This document shows, in pieces, positions 42,303 through 53,819 of a DNA stretch of 64,000 bases (positions within the stretch are counted from its first letter, which is position 1; each line of letters begins with the position of its first letter). The notes beneath the pieces are model-generated. The model had not been told where the DNA came from. It ran no database searches and saw only the letters and a list, made by a program, of their open reading frames with translations. Made by a program: the position numbers and the translations under genes. Source of the stretch: an uncultured delta proteobacterium (GTDB lineage: Bacteria > Desulfobacterota > Desulfomonilia > UBA1062); NCBI GenBank assembly GCA_963785235.1, contig CAWAUM010000002.1, positions 32,001-96,000 on the forward strand, in the 5' to 3' direction.

Positions 42303-43793
42303 ATGGGGAAATTTCCGGAATACGACCACTATGATGCCCTGGGCCTGGCTGAACTCATCAGAAAAAAGGAGGTAACACCCGGGGAGCTCTGCGAGGAGGC
42401 TATTGAGCGCATCGAGCGGATCAACCCGAAGATCAATGCGGTAATCCACTCCATGTTCGACATCGCCCGGAGTGCGGCCTCAGGAAATCTTCCGGACGGT
42501 CCGTTTACCGGCGTGCCCTTCCTTCTCAAGGACCTGCTTACATCCTATGCCGGGGTCCCTCTTACCATGGGGAGTAAGGCCTACAGGAACTACATCCCTG
42601 CCCGAGACAGCGAGCTGATGAAACGCTACAAGGCCGCGGGAGTCTTAATCCTGGGCAAGACCAATACCCCTGAATTCGGGCTCATGGGAATTACCGAACC
42701 CGAATTGTACGGTCCTACCCGTAACCCCTGGAATCTTAACGTTACGCCGGGTGGCTCCAGTGGCGGCTCGTGTGCGGCAGTTGCAAGCGGCATGGTGCCG
42801 TTTGCCTCCGGTGGTGATGGCGGCGGCTCCATCCGCATCCCCGCATCATACTGCGGACTTTTCGGGATGAAACCGTCCCGCGGTCGTAATCCCACCGGAC
42901 CCGAATACGGCCAGATATGGCAGGGCGCTGCTGTTGAGCACGTGCTCACCCGCTCAGTGAGGGACAGTGCCGCTATGATGGATGCCGTAAACGGTCCGGA
43001 TGCCGGGGCTCCCTATATCATCCCAAGTCCGGAGCGCCCATATCTCGAAGAGGTGGCCCGTGAACCAGGCCCTTTGAAAATTGCCTTCACGAAAAAATCC
43101 CCTCTGAATACCGGGGTACACCCTGAATGTCAAAAGGCAGTGGAAAATGCCGCGGCTCTCCTGACAAACCTGGGGCACCATGTTGACGAGGCAGAGCCTG
43201 ATATAGACGGCATTGCCCTGGCCAAGAGCTATTTCACCATGTACTACGGCGAGATTGCAGCTGATATAGAAGACCTCAATAAAGTGCTGGGGAGAAAAGC
43301 GAAACCCTCGGATGTGGAAGGCCCCACCTGGGCACTCAAACTGCTCGGCGATGCATTCACTGCAGGGGAATTTGTGCATGCAATACGGCAGTGGAACACC
43401 TTTGCCAGGCAGATGGGCCTCTTTTATCAGAAATATGATCTCTATCTCACCCCCACCACCGCCTTCCCGCCTGTGAGAATCGGGGAATTGAAACCAAAAC
43501 CCATAGAAGAACGGCTCATGAAAATTACCAATACCTTCAACCTGGGCAAAATCATAAGGCTTTCAGGGATTGCCGACAAGCTCGCCATTGAGAGCCTGGC
43601 CAAGACACCCTACACGCAGCTTGCCAATATCACCGGCCTTCCCGCCATGTCGGTGCCGCTTCACTGGACTGCGGACGGTCTGCCCTGCGGGGTTCAGTTC
43701 ATTGCACCCTTCGGTGATGAGGCAACCCTCTTCAGACTGGCAGGCCAGCTGGAAAAGGCCCAGCCGTGGTTTGACAGGAGACCTGCTCTATAG
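42303..43793 (+). CDS. Amidase-signature family enzyme
   Basis: LKD, GKTNTPE, GGSSGGS, DGGGSIRIPA. Confidence 0.92.
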   Translation: MGKFPEYDHYDALGLAELIRKKEVTPGELCEEAIERIERINPKINAVIHSMFDIARSAASGNLPDGPFTGVPFLLKDLLTSYAGVPLTMGSKAYRNYIPARDSELMKRYKAAGVLILGKTNTPEFGLMGITEPELYGPTRNPWNLNVTPGGSSGGSCAAVASGMVPFASGGDGGGSIRIPASYCGLFGMKPSRGRNPTGPEYGQIWQGAAVEHVLTRSVRDSAAMMDAVNGPDAGAPYIIPSPERPYLEEVAREPGPLKIAFTKKSPLNTGVHPECQKAVENAAALLTNLGHHVDEAEPDIDGIALAKSYFTMYYGEIAADIEDLNKVLGRKAKPSDVEGPTWALKLLGDAFTAGEFVHAIRQWNTFARQMGLFYQKYDLYLTPTTAFPPVRIGELKPKPIEERLMKITNTFNLGKIIRLSGIADKLAIESLAKTPYTQLANITGLPAMSVPLHWTADGLPCGVQFIAPFGDEATLFRLAGQLEKAQPWFDRRPAL

Positions 43794-43890
43794 ACCCTTA
43801 ATGGATTGTCATACTTTTAGAAAATCGTTTATGATACTATCATGTTGACGGAATAGAATGAAATAAAACAAACAGGAGGATAGTGTCTTT

Positions 43891-45563
43891 ATGGAAAAAC
43901 CCTGGCATGCTCACTATGACTACAACGTCCCCACCAGCATCCGCTACCCCCGCATTCCTGCTCAAAGCCTCTTTCAGCTCCCTGTAGGGGCATTCCCGGA
44001 CAAGACCTGTGTAAACTTCTATGGCACCGAGTTGACTTTCTGGCAGATAAGAGAGCAGATGCTCCGCATGACGAACGCCCTGGGCAAACTCGGGGTGAAG
44101 AAGGGTGAAAGGGTGGGCATCCATCTGCCCAACTGCCCGCAGTTCCCCATCGCTTACCTCGCCACCTTGTCGCTGGGCGCCATTGTGGTGAACATGAATC
44201 CTCTCTATACCGCAAGCGAGCTCAAACACATTATGGAGATCACGGGGATGGAGACGGTTATCACCTTTGACATGGTGCTTCCCAACATCCGTGCCGGCTG
44301 GCAAAGGAACTGGGCCTCAAACGGATCATAGTGACCAGGGTGACGGACTACATCACCGGTTTCGGCGTGAGCACGGCCAAGGATCTGGACCTGAACAAGG
44401 AGGAGGGATGGCATCACTTCTCCGATCTCATCGAGGAAACCACTGAAACACGCCTGCCCCGCATCCCGTTCAGCCCCGATGACCCTGCCATGATCCAGTT
44501 CACCGGAGGGACAACAGGCGTGCCGAAAGGGGCGCTTCTGACACATGCAAATATCATTGCCGCCACGTTCCAGGCATCCATGTGGGGCAATCCCACCATC
44601 AGCATCGTGCCTCTGGAAAAACGAAACGTATTGAGCGTGCTCCCCTACTTCCATGTCTACGGCAATATCGTGGCCATGAACTGGTCATTCTTCAATTGCG
44701 CCACCCAGATCCTCATCCCGCGGTTCGACATTGAAGAAATCCTGGGCATCGTTGGAAAATTCGACAAGATAACATTCTTCCCGGCCGTGCCCACCATGAT
44801 CACCGCCATCATCAACCACCCCAAAGCCACAGAGCTGAACCTTGCCAAACGCCTGGGCCTGCTCAATTCCGGCGCGGCCCCCATGGCAGTGGAGCTCATC
44901 GAGAAGGTGAAGGACATGGGCATCTACTTCAGCGAGGGATTCGGCATGAGTGAATCCACTTCGCTGGGCATCAGCAACCCCATCTTGGGCATGAAGAAGG
45001 TGGGCAGCATCGGCATCCCCTTCCCGGACAACGATGTGAGGCTTGTTGACGTGGAGAACGGGACCGAGGACGTGAAGCCCGGGGACCCGGGCGAGATCAT
45101 CATGAAGGGCCCGCTCATCATGAAGGGGTACTGGAACAATCCGGAAGAGACCGCCGGCCAGCTCATAGACGGCTGGCTGCATACCGGCGACATCGCCATT
45201 GCGGACGAGGACGGCTATCTCTTCATCGTTGACCGCAAGAAAGACATGATCATTGCCGGCGGATTCAATATCTACCCCCGGGAGATCGACGAGGTGCTCT
45301 ATCAGCACCCCAAGATCGCAGAGGCGGCCTCGGTGGGTGTGCCGGACGAGTACCGGGGTGAGACCGTGAAGGCCTTTATCGTATTAAAGCCCGGACAGAC
45401 CGCCACGGATAAGGAGATCGTGGACTTCTGCAAGACCAAGCTTACGGCCTATAAGGTACCCAAGCATGTCGAGTTCAGGGAGTCCCTCCCGAAATCCGCT
45501 GTGGGAAAGATCCTGCGCAAGGTTCTCAAGGAGGAAGAGGTAAAGAAGCACAAGAAGCCTTAG
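43891..45563 (+). CDS. Long-chain fatty acid-CoA ligase, frameshift near 44295
   Basis: FTGGTTGVPKG, FGMSE, TGDI, DRKKDMI, PKSAVGK. Confidence 0.9.
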
Positions 45564-45575
45564 TGTCAAGGTATG

Positions 45576-45619
45576 AAAAAGAGAGCCGGGCAAACCCCTA
45601 AGGGCCGCCCGGCTCTTTC
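45576..45619. terminator. Bidirectional terminator
   Basis: AGAGCCGGGC...GCCCGGCTCT with A/T tracts. Confidence 0.7.
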
Positions 45620-45640
45620 ATATTCCGGATTAATGTGATG

Positions 45641-47722
45641 CTACTTCTCTATTGCCAAAAAACCGTTCGGATGGAACTTCTTGCCGGTAACCTTCTCTGA
45701 GATTCCCTTGTAGTCCAGGTACGGGGTGATGCCGCCCATGAAGAAGGGCCAACCTGCACCCATGATCAGGCCGGTGTCCACATCCTTGGGGCTTGCAACC
45801 ACGCCTTCCTTGAGAATGTGATCGATCTCGAGGGCAACGCGCTCAAGCACAATCTGCCTGATCTGGTCATCCGTGAACTTCTTGGTTCCCTGCGGCCAGC
45901 CTGCCTTGATCTCGGGGTCGATGTCTATGCCCTTGTCAGTGAAGGTGAGCAGGCTCTTCTTGCCCTTTGCCACGAGGTTCTTGAGTCCCACGCTGACCGG
46001 GAACCGGTCGGGCCAGTACTTGTTGAGGGTCTCCTGCACGTGGAGCGCAATGGCAGGACCAACCAGCCCTGCCAGGGTGAACGGAGACATGGGGTAGCCC
46101 AGGTCGTGAATGGCGTTGTCCACCTGCATGAAGTCGGCGCCTTCGTCGATGCACTTGAAGATGCCGTCGTTCCAGGCCAGCAGGATCCTGTTGACCAGGA
46201 ACCCGCCCGCGTTCTTCACGAGGACCGGTGTCTTCTTGATCTTCTTGGCAATGTCGAATGCCGTTGCCAGGGTCACATCGGTGGTCTTTTCTGTCTTGAT
46301 GATCTCGACCAGGGGCAGCATGGCGATGGGGTTGAAGAAGTGGAAGCCGACCACGCGGCCAGGATCCTTCAGGTTCTTGCCCATCTCGAGTACGTCCAGC
46401 GACGAGGTGTTGGTGAGGAAGAGGCACTCGGGTTTGCACACTGCTTCGAGCTCGCCGAATATCTTCTGTTTGATGCCCATCTCTTCGAACACGCCTTCGA
46501 TAACGAAGTCGCAGTCCTGGAAGCCGTCATAGGTCACGGTGCCGGTGATGATCTCTTCACCCATCCACTTGGCATCGGCTGCGGAGAGTTTGCCCTTCTT
46601 TGCCGTCTTGGCAAGCTGGTCCCTGACATAGGCGAGGCCCTTGTCCACGAACTCCTGCTTGATGTCCTTCATGATGACCGGGCACTGATAGCGCTGTGCG
46701 AACAGCAGGGCCATCTGGGATGCCATGAGGCCTGCGCCGATGACGCCGATCTTGTTGATCTTGTTGCCTTTGACTTCCTTGGGCGGTCTGCCGGGGAGCT
46801 TCTTGGCGCGGCGCTGGGTGAGGTCGAAGGAGTAGAGGCCGCACTTGAACTGGTCGGACATGATCATGTCGGCCAAGACCTCGGTCTCCTGCTGGAAGCC
46901 TTCATCCCAGGACCAGCCTGCTGCGCCCCTGATGAGGTCGAGTGCCTTGTAAGGGGCAATGGCGCCTGAGTGGACGCGGCCCATGATCTGGGCCTTGGTG
47001 CTGTTGTAGAGATCGTCGCTCATCTTCGGGTCGACCTTCTTGCGGTCCACCTTCACCTCGCCGGTAATGATCCCCTCGAGGATCGCCAGCGACTGGCCGG
47101 TGAAGTCGTTCGGTGCAAGGAGGAAGTCCGCAAGGCCCATCTCGTAGGCCTTGATGGAATTGATCATCTTGTTCATGTTGAGCGGGTTCATGATGATGAG
47201 CTCAATGGCCTTTTCGGGACCGGCCAGCTTTGTCACGAGCTGCGTTCCGCCCCAGCCGGGAACGAGGCCAAGGAAACACTCGGGAAGCGCATAGTGGTCG
47301 CAGCCACCCGGACTCTTGGAGATGGTGCGGTAGTTGTGGTAGAGGCCCACTTCGCAACCGCCGCCCATGGTGGCGCCGTTGATGGCCGCCAGCGTCGGGA
47401 TCTTGAGGTCCATGATCCTTTTGAAGGACTTGTGGCCCATGACGCCGATATCAAGGACGTCTTTCCTCGTTGCGTTCGGGTCGACGCTCATGATGTCTGC
47501 ACCCACGTTGAAGATGAATGGCTTGCCGGTCAGCAGCCAGCCCTTTACATCCTTATCCTTTTCCACGATGTCCAGGACCTTGTTCAGAGACTCGAAAGCC
47601 TCGACTCCCCAGGTATTGGGGATATTGTAGGGCTGGCCGTTGTCCATCGTTACTATGGCGATTTTACCTGCCTTTTTCGAATCGAAGTAGTTTAGTTTGC
47701 ATTCTGTAATATATTTAGCCAT
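45641..47722 (-). CDS. fadB: Fatty-acid oxidation multifunctional enzyme (FadB type)
   Basis: Crotonase N-terminal (GGGCE, LPE, PGWGG); GAGLMA, NTSS, HFFNP. Confidence 0.88.
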   Translation of the reverse strand: MAKYITECKLNYFDSKKAGKIAIVTMDNGQPYNIPNTWGVEAFESLNKVLDIVEKDKDVKGWLLTGKPFIFNVGADIMSVDPNATRKDVLDIGVMGHKSFKRIMDLKIPTLAAINGATMGGGCEVGLYHNYRTISKSPGGCDHYALPECFLGLVPGWGGTQLVTKLAGPEKAIELIIMNPLNMNKMINSIKAYEMGLADFLLAPNDFTGQSLAILEGIITGEVKVDRKKVDPKMSDDLYNSTKAQIMGRVHSGAIAPYKALDLIRGAAGWSWDEGFQQETEVLADMIMSDQFKCGLYSFDLTQRRAKKLPGRPPKEVKGNKINKIGVIGAGLMASQMALLFAQRYQCPVIMKDIKQEFVDKGLAYVRDQLAKTAKKGKLSAADAKWMGEEIITGTVTYDGFQDCDFVIEGVFEEMGIKQKIFGELEAVCKPECLFLTNTSSLDVLEMGKNLKDPGRVVGFHFFNPIAMLPLVEIIKTEKTTDVTLATAFDIAKKIKKTPVLVKNAGGFLVNRILLAWNDGIFKCIDEGADFMQVDNAIHDLGYPMSPFTLAGLVGPAIALHVQETLNKYWPDRFPVSVGLKNLVAKGKKSLLTFTDKGIDIDPEIKAGWPQGTKKFTDDQIRQIVLERVALEIDHILKEGVVASPKDVDTGLIMGAGWPFFMGGITPYLDYKGISEKVTGKKFHPNGFLAIEK

Positions 47723-47734
47723 GGCATGAACCTC

Positions 47735-48945
47735 CTAGATCTTTTTCCCAACGACGTTTTCCCAAATGATAGACCCGCCCATGCCGAGACCGACGCACAT
47801 GGTGGTGAGCCCGTACTTGGCCTTCGGATTCATCTCGAAGTCCTGGGCGAGCTGCATGCTCAGGCGCACGCCGGAGCTGGCGAGCGGATGGCCCATGGCA
47901 ATGGTTCCGCCGTACGGGTTGAGCCGTGGGTCCACGGGGGTCTTCATGCCGAAGTGCTTCATGAAGCCGACTGCCTGGACGGCAAAGGCCTCGTTCAGCT
48001 CGATGATGTCGAGGTCTTCGAACTTCATGCCGAAATTCTTGAGAACCTTCTCGGTGGAAGGTACCGGACCCCATCCCATGATGGTCGGGTCCACGCCTAT
48101 GAAGGCGGCGCCTACGAACTTCATCTTGGGCTTGATTCCCAGCTCTTTGCACCTCTTGCCGGACATGAGGAGCGATACGCATGCGCCGTCGTTCAGACCG
48201 GATGCATTGGCGGGTGTTACATGGCCTTCTGCCTTGAACGGGAACCTCCTGAGGTTCTTGATGCTCTCCAGGGTGGTGCCGCGCTTGGCCTGCTCGTCAT
48301 TGTTGGCGACCTTCCACCCGGCGGGTGTGAGCACGGTCATATCCACGCAGTGCTTGTCGTAGTAGCCGGCATCCAGCGCCTTGAAGTATTTCTCAAGAAC
48401 ATGGAAGGAGTACTCATCTGCCTCTTCCTTGGTGACCGGCTGCTCGCCGTGCTCAGGGAGCCAGTCGTGAAGCTTCTCAGCGGTGTTGCCCATGTTGAAG
48501 TACTTGGGCGCAACCATCTTCTCGGTGACGATACGGGGATTCGGGTCCGCCCCTGCCCCCATGGGATGGTGAGCCATGTGCTCGACGCCGCCGGCGATGA
48601 TGATGTCCGCCACGCCTGACCTGATGAACGATGAGCCGATGGCCTGGCAGGTCATGCCGCCTGCGCACATCCGGTCAACGGAGAAACCGGCGACCGACTC
48701 GGGAAGACCGGAGGTGAACACCACGGTCCTGCCCATGGTGGTACCCTGGTCGCCCACCTGGGTCGTTGCGCCCCAGATACTGTCATCAACTTCGCCCCAA
48801 GGCACGGTTGGGTTCCTTTTCTGCAACTCCACAAGACCTTGGTGACCATGTCGTCGGCCCGTGTCGTCCAATAGTGTCCATCCGGCCTAGCTTTTCCGAA
48901 CCATGTACGACAGCCGTCTACAAAATAGGCATCTCTTAAATCCAT
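47735..48945 (-). CDS. Thiolase, frameshift near 48835
   Basis: DRMCAG, NEAF, GHPLA, CVGLGMG. Confidence 0.9.
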
Positions 48946-49257
48946 ACAGCCTCCTTAGTTAGTGTGTATACGTGACCGTTTCTCTTTCTGGATAGATGAT
49001 CATCAAGCACGGTGAGACCTTTTGCATCATTAGTTTATTCTAAAATACCCCCAGGAAGAGGCTTTGTCAACGAACTTCTGAATGATGGTTCATTTTTCAT
49101 AACTGTAGATCCAGGCAGCTTCTTTATTTTGCTGGTGGGGCTTAGTGATGTACTCTTCATTTTTGTCCGTATTGCCGGGTTTTAAAAACGATAGTATGGT
49201 GCCTATTGATTTGAAGTCACTTTTCATCAGAAATAAGAGCAGGGAGTAACCCTTTAC

Positions 49258-49452
49258 GTGACAGGTCAAAAGCCACAACCTAAAGAGATCAACTGTTTTT
49301 CCTGTCATCATTTCCATATTACCTATGATCGCAATTTTCCTTATGGATGCAGAGCGGCTGGTTTCAAATCGAGGCTGATGCCTTCACGGGAGATGTATGT
49401 TAACTCCGGATTGGAGTGCCTGCTCTTTAAGGAAAAAGAGAGAAAAAGATGA
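49258..49452 (+). CDS. Small Cys-rich hypothetical protein
   Basis: CFSCHHFHITYD..PYGC..GFKS..PS..SGLEC. Confidence 0.7.
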   Translation: MTGQKPQPKEINCFSCHHFHITYDRNFPYGCRAAGFKSRLMPSREMYVNSGLECLLFKEKERKR

Positions 49453-49476
49453 TACAATGAAGGTGAAAAAGCAACG

Positions 49477-51112
49477 CTAGAAAAGCCCGCTGATGGTGCC
49501 GTCCTCGTCCACGTCAATGGCCAGGGCAGCAGGCGTCTTGGGCAGACCGGGCATGGCCATGATCTTGCCCGTGTAGATCACTACGAAGCCGGCCCCGGCC
49601 GATACCCTCGCTGAGCTTACCGTGATGGTGAAGGGGTGTTTCGGGAAGCCCGGGACCTTGGGGTTGTCGGTGAGCGAGGACTGGGTCTTGGCGATGCACA
49701 CAGGGAGGTTGCCGTAGCCCATGTTCTCGATGTTTTTAATCTCTGCGGCCGCCTGGGTAGTGAACTCCACTTTGGAGGCACCGTAAACATTGGCAGCAAC
49801 GGTGCGCACCTTGTCGGTAATGGGTAGCGAGAGGTCGTAGAGCATGCGGAAGTCACCGGGCATCTCGCACGCCAGGGCCACCTGCTCTGCCAGCTCCAGG
49901 CCGCCTGCCCCGCCTGCCTCGCGGAAGTCCGTTATTACTGCGGTAGCACCAAGGGCCTCACATTGTCTCTTGAGCTCAGCCAGGTCTTCATCATTGTCGC
50001 TTAAGAACCGGTTGATGGAGATAACCGCGGGCACACCGAACTGGGAGAGCGTGTCCAGGTGCTTCCTTATATTATCTATCCCATGCAGGACAAAGGCCCT
50101 GTGTGTGACCACGAGCACTGCAGCTGAAGGGGTGATCCTGCCGGTGCGGCACTTGATGTGGAAGAACTTCTCGGCCCCCAGATCGGCCCCGAAGCCTGCC
50201 TCGGTTACCACATAGTCGGCGAGCTTGCGCGCCATCTTCGTTGCAACAATGGTGTTGCAGCCATGTGCGATGTTGGCGAACGGGCCCGCCGTGCACCAGC
50301 ACCGGGCAGCCCTCCACGGTCTGCACCAGGTTGGGGTTTATGGCGTGTTTCAACAGCGCCGTCATGGCGCCGCTGCACCCGACATCTTTGGCATAGACGG
50401 GCTTGCGCAGATAGTCATACCCTACGATGACCTTATTGATGCGCGTCTTGAGCTCTTTGAGGTTCTGTGCAAGGCACAAGATGGCCATGACCTCTGAGGC
50501 TGCGGTGATCTCGAAGCCGTCTTCTCGCATGACGCCATTGATGCCCTTGTCCTCAAGCCCCAAGATGATGCTGCGCAACGACCGGTCATTCATGTCGATG
50601 ACCCGTTTCCAGACCACATGGCGGGGGTTCATCTCCGGGGTATGCCTGTGGTGGAGGTGGTTGTCCACGACCGCGGCCAGCAAGTTGTGGGCAGATGTGA
50701 TGGCATGGAAGTCGCCGGTAAAGTGGAGATTGATGTCTTCCATGGGCAGTACCTGGGAATATCCGCCGCCCGCAGCCCCGCCCTTAAGCCCCATGCACGG
50801 GCCCAGCGAAGGCTCGCGGATGGCCATGATTGCCTTTTTGCCGATCTGATTCAGGGCCTGCCCCAGTCCGATAGTGGTGGTTGTCTTCCCTTCACCCATG
50901 GAGGTGGGCGACATGGCGGTCACCAGGATCACCTTGCCGTCCGGGGATTCCTGGTAACGGTCCATGACGGAGATGGGGATCTTGGCTACATACCTGCCGT
51001 AGGGGATCAGATCATCCCTGCTCAGTCCCAGGGATGCAGCGATCTCGGCAATGGGTTTGAGCTCTATGCCCTGGGCTATCTCAATATCGGATTTCATGGC
51101 TTTGCCTGACAA
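49477..51112 (-). CDS. fhs: Formate-tetrahydrofolate ligase, frameshift near 50283
   Basis: GEGKTT, IREPSLGP, GGAAGGGYSQV, TEAGFGADLGAEKF, MPGLP. Confidence 0.95.
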
Positions 51113-51121
51113 ACGCCTTTC

Positions 51122-52282
51122 CTATGAAAGCCTGGGGAACCCGAAGCTTCGAAGCAGGCCGGTAAGTGAATCCCTGCTCAGTGCGTGCTGGTTCACCAGG
51201 TCGAGGAGCACTTTCATGTTAAATGACAGGCGGATTCCAGGTGTTGTGGGATAGTCCATGTCCGTGTCCGAGATTATGGTGATGTCCTCCTCCTCGATGC
51301 GCTCTGCGCTCATGATGTTCGCAATGATCTTTGGCCGGTCCAGGGGTTGCATCAGGCCCATGGGCAGGTCGCCGACAATGGCCTGGGTATCGTCGTCGAC
51401 AGGGAGCTCGAACCCGTAGGCATAGTCGATGCCGATGCGCGACTTGATTGCATTGGTGAAGAAAGAGAAGCCGTTTGTAATGAGCCCGATCTTGTAGCCC
51501 AGGATCTTGAGCGTCTGCAAAAGCTCCAACGTACCCCGGGTGATCTCGATTGTATTCATGACCGTATCGATGACCGATAACGGCAGGCCTTCCAGCAGGC
51601 CTGCCGTTGCATGCATGTATGCAAGGTCGGTCTGCCCGGTAGTTGTTTTGTCAAGGGTTTCAGGCTTTATACCTGAGTGTTTCATGATCTCGCGCATGAA
51701 GGCGGCCTCCATGAAACTGTTTGCCATATCGAACATGACAATCTTCTTTTTCTTGTTGAACACGTCTTCGGTCTGGAACATGGTGTTGATCCGGATGGAG
51801 AGCATGGCCTCACGGATGGCTGCTTTCAGGTTTTCCGTGGGCAGGGCGCTCCTGCTCACGTCGCACAGGAGGTCCATGAGGAAGATGTTCTCGCGGGCCA
51901 CTACATCCGAGACCTCGATGTTGATGTTGTACGTGCCGAGCTTTTCGGTAATGGCCGCAATGATGCCCGACTTGTCTTTTCCCACCAGCGTGACCAGCAT
52001 GTTCTTCCTGTCCACACCCCGGGGGATGGGGGTGTATTTGTCGATGGAGAGCTTGATGCCCGTGTCGAGCGATATCTTCTCAACGAGGCCCCTGAATTCC
52101 TTGACCGGGATTGTGGCCTTGGCCAGGTCCACCACCAGGTAGATGGTGAAGAGCCCGTGCATCACATCCTGGCGCATGTCCACGATGTTGCCCTTGACCT
52201 GCGAAATGGGTGAGGTAATGGCCCCCACCAGCCCCACTGAATCCGCCCCGATTCCATAGACGATATAGAGCATGCTGTTCAT
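51122..52282 (-). CDS. ACT-ACT-SerB-like protein with degenerate HAD motifs
   Basis: Two ACT domains (GADSVG, GKDKSG); FDMANS instead of DMDST; no GDGAND. Confidence 0.75.
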   Translation of the reverse strand: MNSMLYIVYGIGADSVGLVGAITSPISQVKGNIVDMRQDVMHGLFTIYLVVDLAKATIPVKEFRGLVEKISLDTGIKLSIDKYTPIPRGVDRKNMLVTLVGKDKSGIIAAITEKLGTYNINIEVSDVVARENIFLMDLLCDVSRSALPTENLKAAIREAMLSIRINTMFQTEDVFNKKKKIVMFDMANSFMEAAFMREIMKHSGIKPETLDKTTTGQTDLAYMHATAGLLEGLPLSVIDTVMNTIEITRGTLELLQTLKILGYKIGLITNGFSFFTNAIKSRIGIDYAYGFELPVDDDTQAIVGDLPMGLMQPLDRPKIIANIMSAERIEEEDITIISDTDMDYPTTPGIRLSFNMKVLLDLVNQHALSRDSLTGLLRSFGFPRLS

Positions 52283-52527
52283 AGACTTGCCCCTCACATT
52301 GGATGAATAGATTCTAAAAGAAAATCAATGGATATGGGTAGTAAAAAATGAAAGAGACTTGATAAAGGCTCCATCGGGGCAAGGTATTACCCGTAAGTTT
52401 ATCAGCAAAATGAAAGGGCTGCCCTTGAAAAAGGGTATTATCATTGCATAGTAGAAGTATGCACTTACCAAAGGCTTGGCATGCATGGAGATAGATGTAT
52501 AGTGTCGTCACTCCCTAAATAACAACT

Positions 52528-53723
52528 ATGGAAACAGTGGAGGTCTGGATGAACAAGGCGCTGGATGGAATGATAACCCCCTTGAGAAGGAAAGGCGATC
52601 TGCGCATCATGAGCATTGCCTTATGCATCATGCTCTTGTATCTCGCCCCTGTTTCTTTGTTATACGCAGCGGAGGCCATCAACATCAAGGTTGCCTCCAT
52701 CTATGCCCATACCGGGGTCGCTGCACCGATAAACGCCTACTCCATAACGGGAGTAAGGGAGGCGGTCGACGAGATCAATGCCAGGGGTGGCATACTGGGA
52801 AGGCGCTTCGAGCTCATCGAGCTCGACAACATGAGCACACCCATAGGCTCCAAGGTGGCGGCAGAGAAGGCCATAGCTAGAGGGGTGACTGCCATCATCG
52901 GATCAAACTGGAGTTCCCATACACTTGCCATTGCACCGGTGGCCCAGGCGAATAAAACGCCGTTGATCACGAACATATCCACAAACGAAGGCGTGACCAA
53001 GATAGGCGATTACATCTTCAGGGTGTGCTTTACGGATTCGTTTCAGGGTAAGGTCATGGCAAAATTCGCTCGTGAGGATCTTAAGGCCCACAGTGCTGTT
53101 ATGATTGTAGATCTCACCAGCGACTATTCCATGGGTCTTTCCCGCGATTTCAAGGCCCACTTTGAACAACTGGGAGGCAATGTGGTAGGTCAGGTCGAGT
53201 ATAAGCTCAAGGCGCCTGATTTCGAACGGGTCGCCATGCAGGCAAAGGCATTGAACCCGCAGGTCGTCTTTATCCCCGGCTATGATGAAAGCGCCCTTAT
53301 TATCAAGGGCCTTACTAATCTCGGGGTTAAGGCAATACCTCTTGGTGGTGATGGATGGGAATCAGTGAGTTTCTTTAATAGGGGGGGGGAGATATCCCCA
53401 CGTGCTACTACTCTACCCACTGGACCGAAGAGGTTAGGAGCCAGGAGTCAAAGAGATTTGTCCAAAGGTATAAATATAAAGGAAAGGTATTCAACGCCGG
53501 AGAGGCGCTCGCCTACGATGCGGTTCAGCTCCTGGCCGATGCAATAAAACGCTCAGGTTCCTTTGACCGGACAAAGATACGCGATGCCCTTGCCGCTACC
53601 AAAGGCTTCCAGGGGGTGACCGGCACCATCAGTTTTAATACACAACGTGACCCGATAAAAAGCGCTGTAATCATCGAGATAAAGGATGGCATACAGATGT
53701 ATCTCAAGAATGTTCTGCCGTGA
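52528..53723 (+). CDS. LivK-type periplasmic binding protein, frameshift at G9 tract 53381-53389; start uncertain
   Basis: EINARGG..G, FRVCFTDSFQG, GGDGW; C-terminal part (GVTGTISF) in another frame. Confidence 0.8.
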
Positions 53724-53819
53724 CGGGCACTGAGTATTCAATTTATGAGACCACATTATGTAATAGAACAGCATACGTTCGAAGGGAAGATTGTCTCCTG
53801 ACAGAAAGGAAGCCATCAT

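Noticed and set aside
45588-45610. GGCAAACCC motif resembling a c-di-GMP-I riboswitch
   Set aside because: Lies in a terminator loop between convergent genes; rest of the aptamer absent
52298-52527. THF/ZTP/glycine riboswitch upstream of serB-like/fhs
   Set aside because: No recognisable aptamer consensus seen
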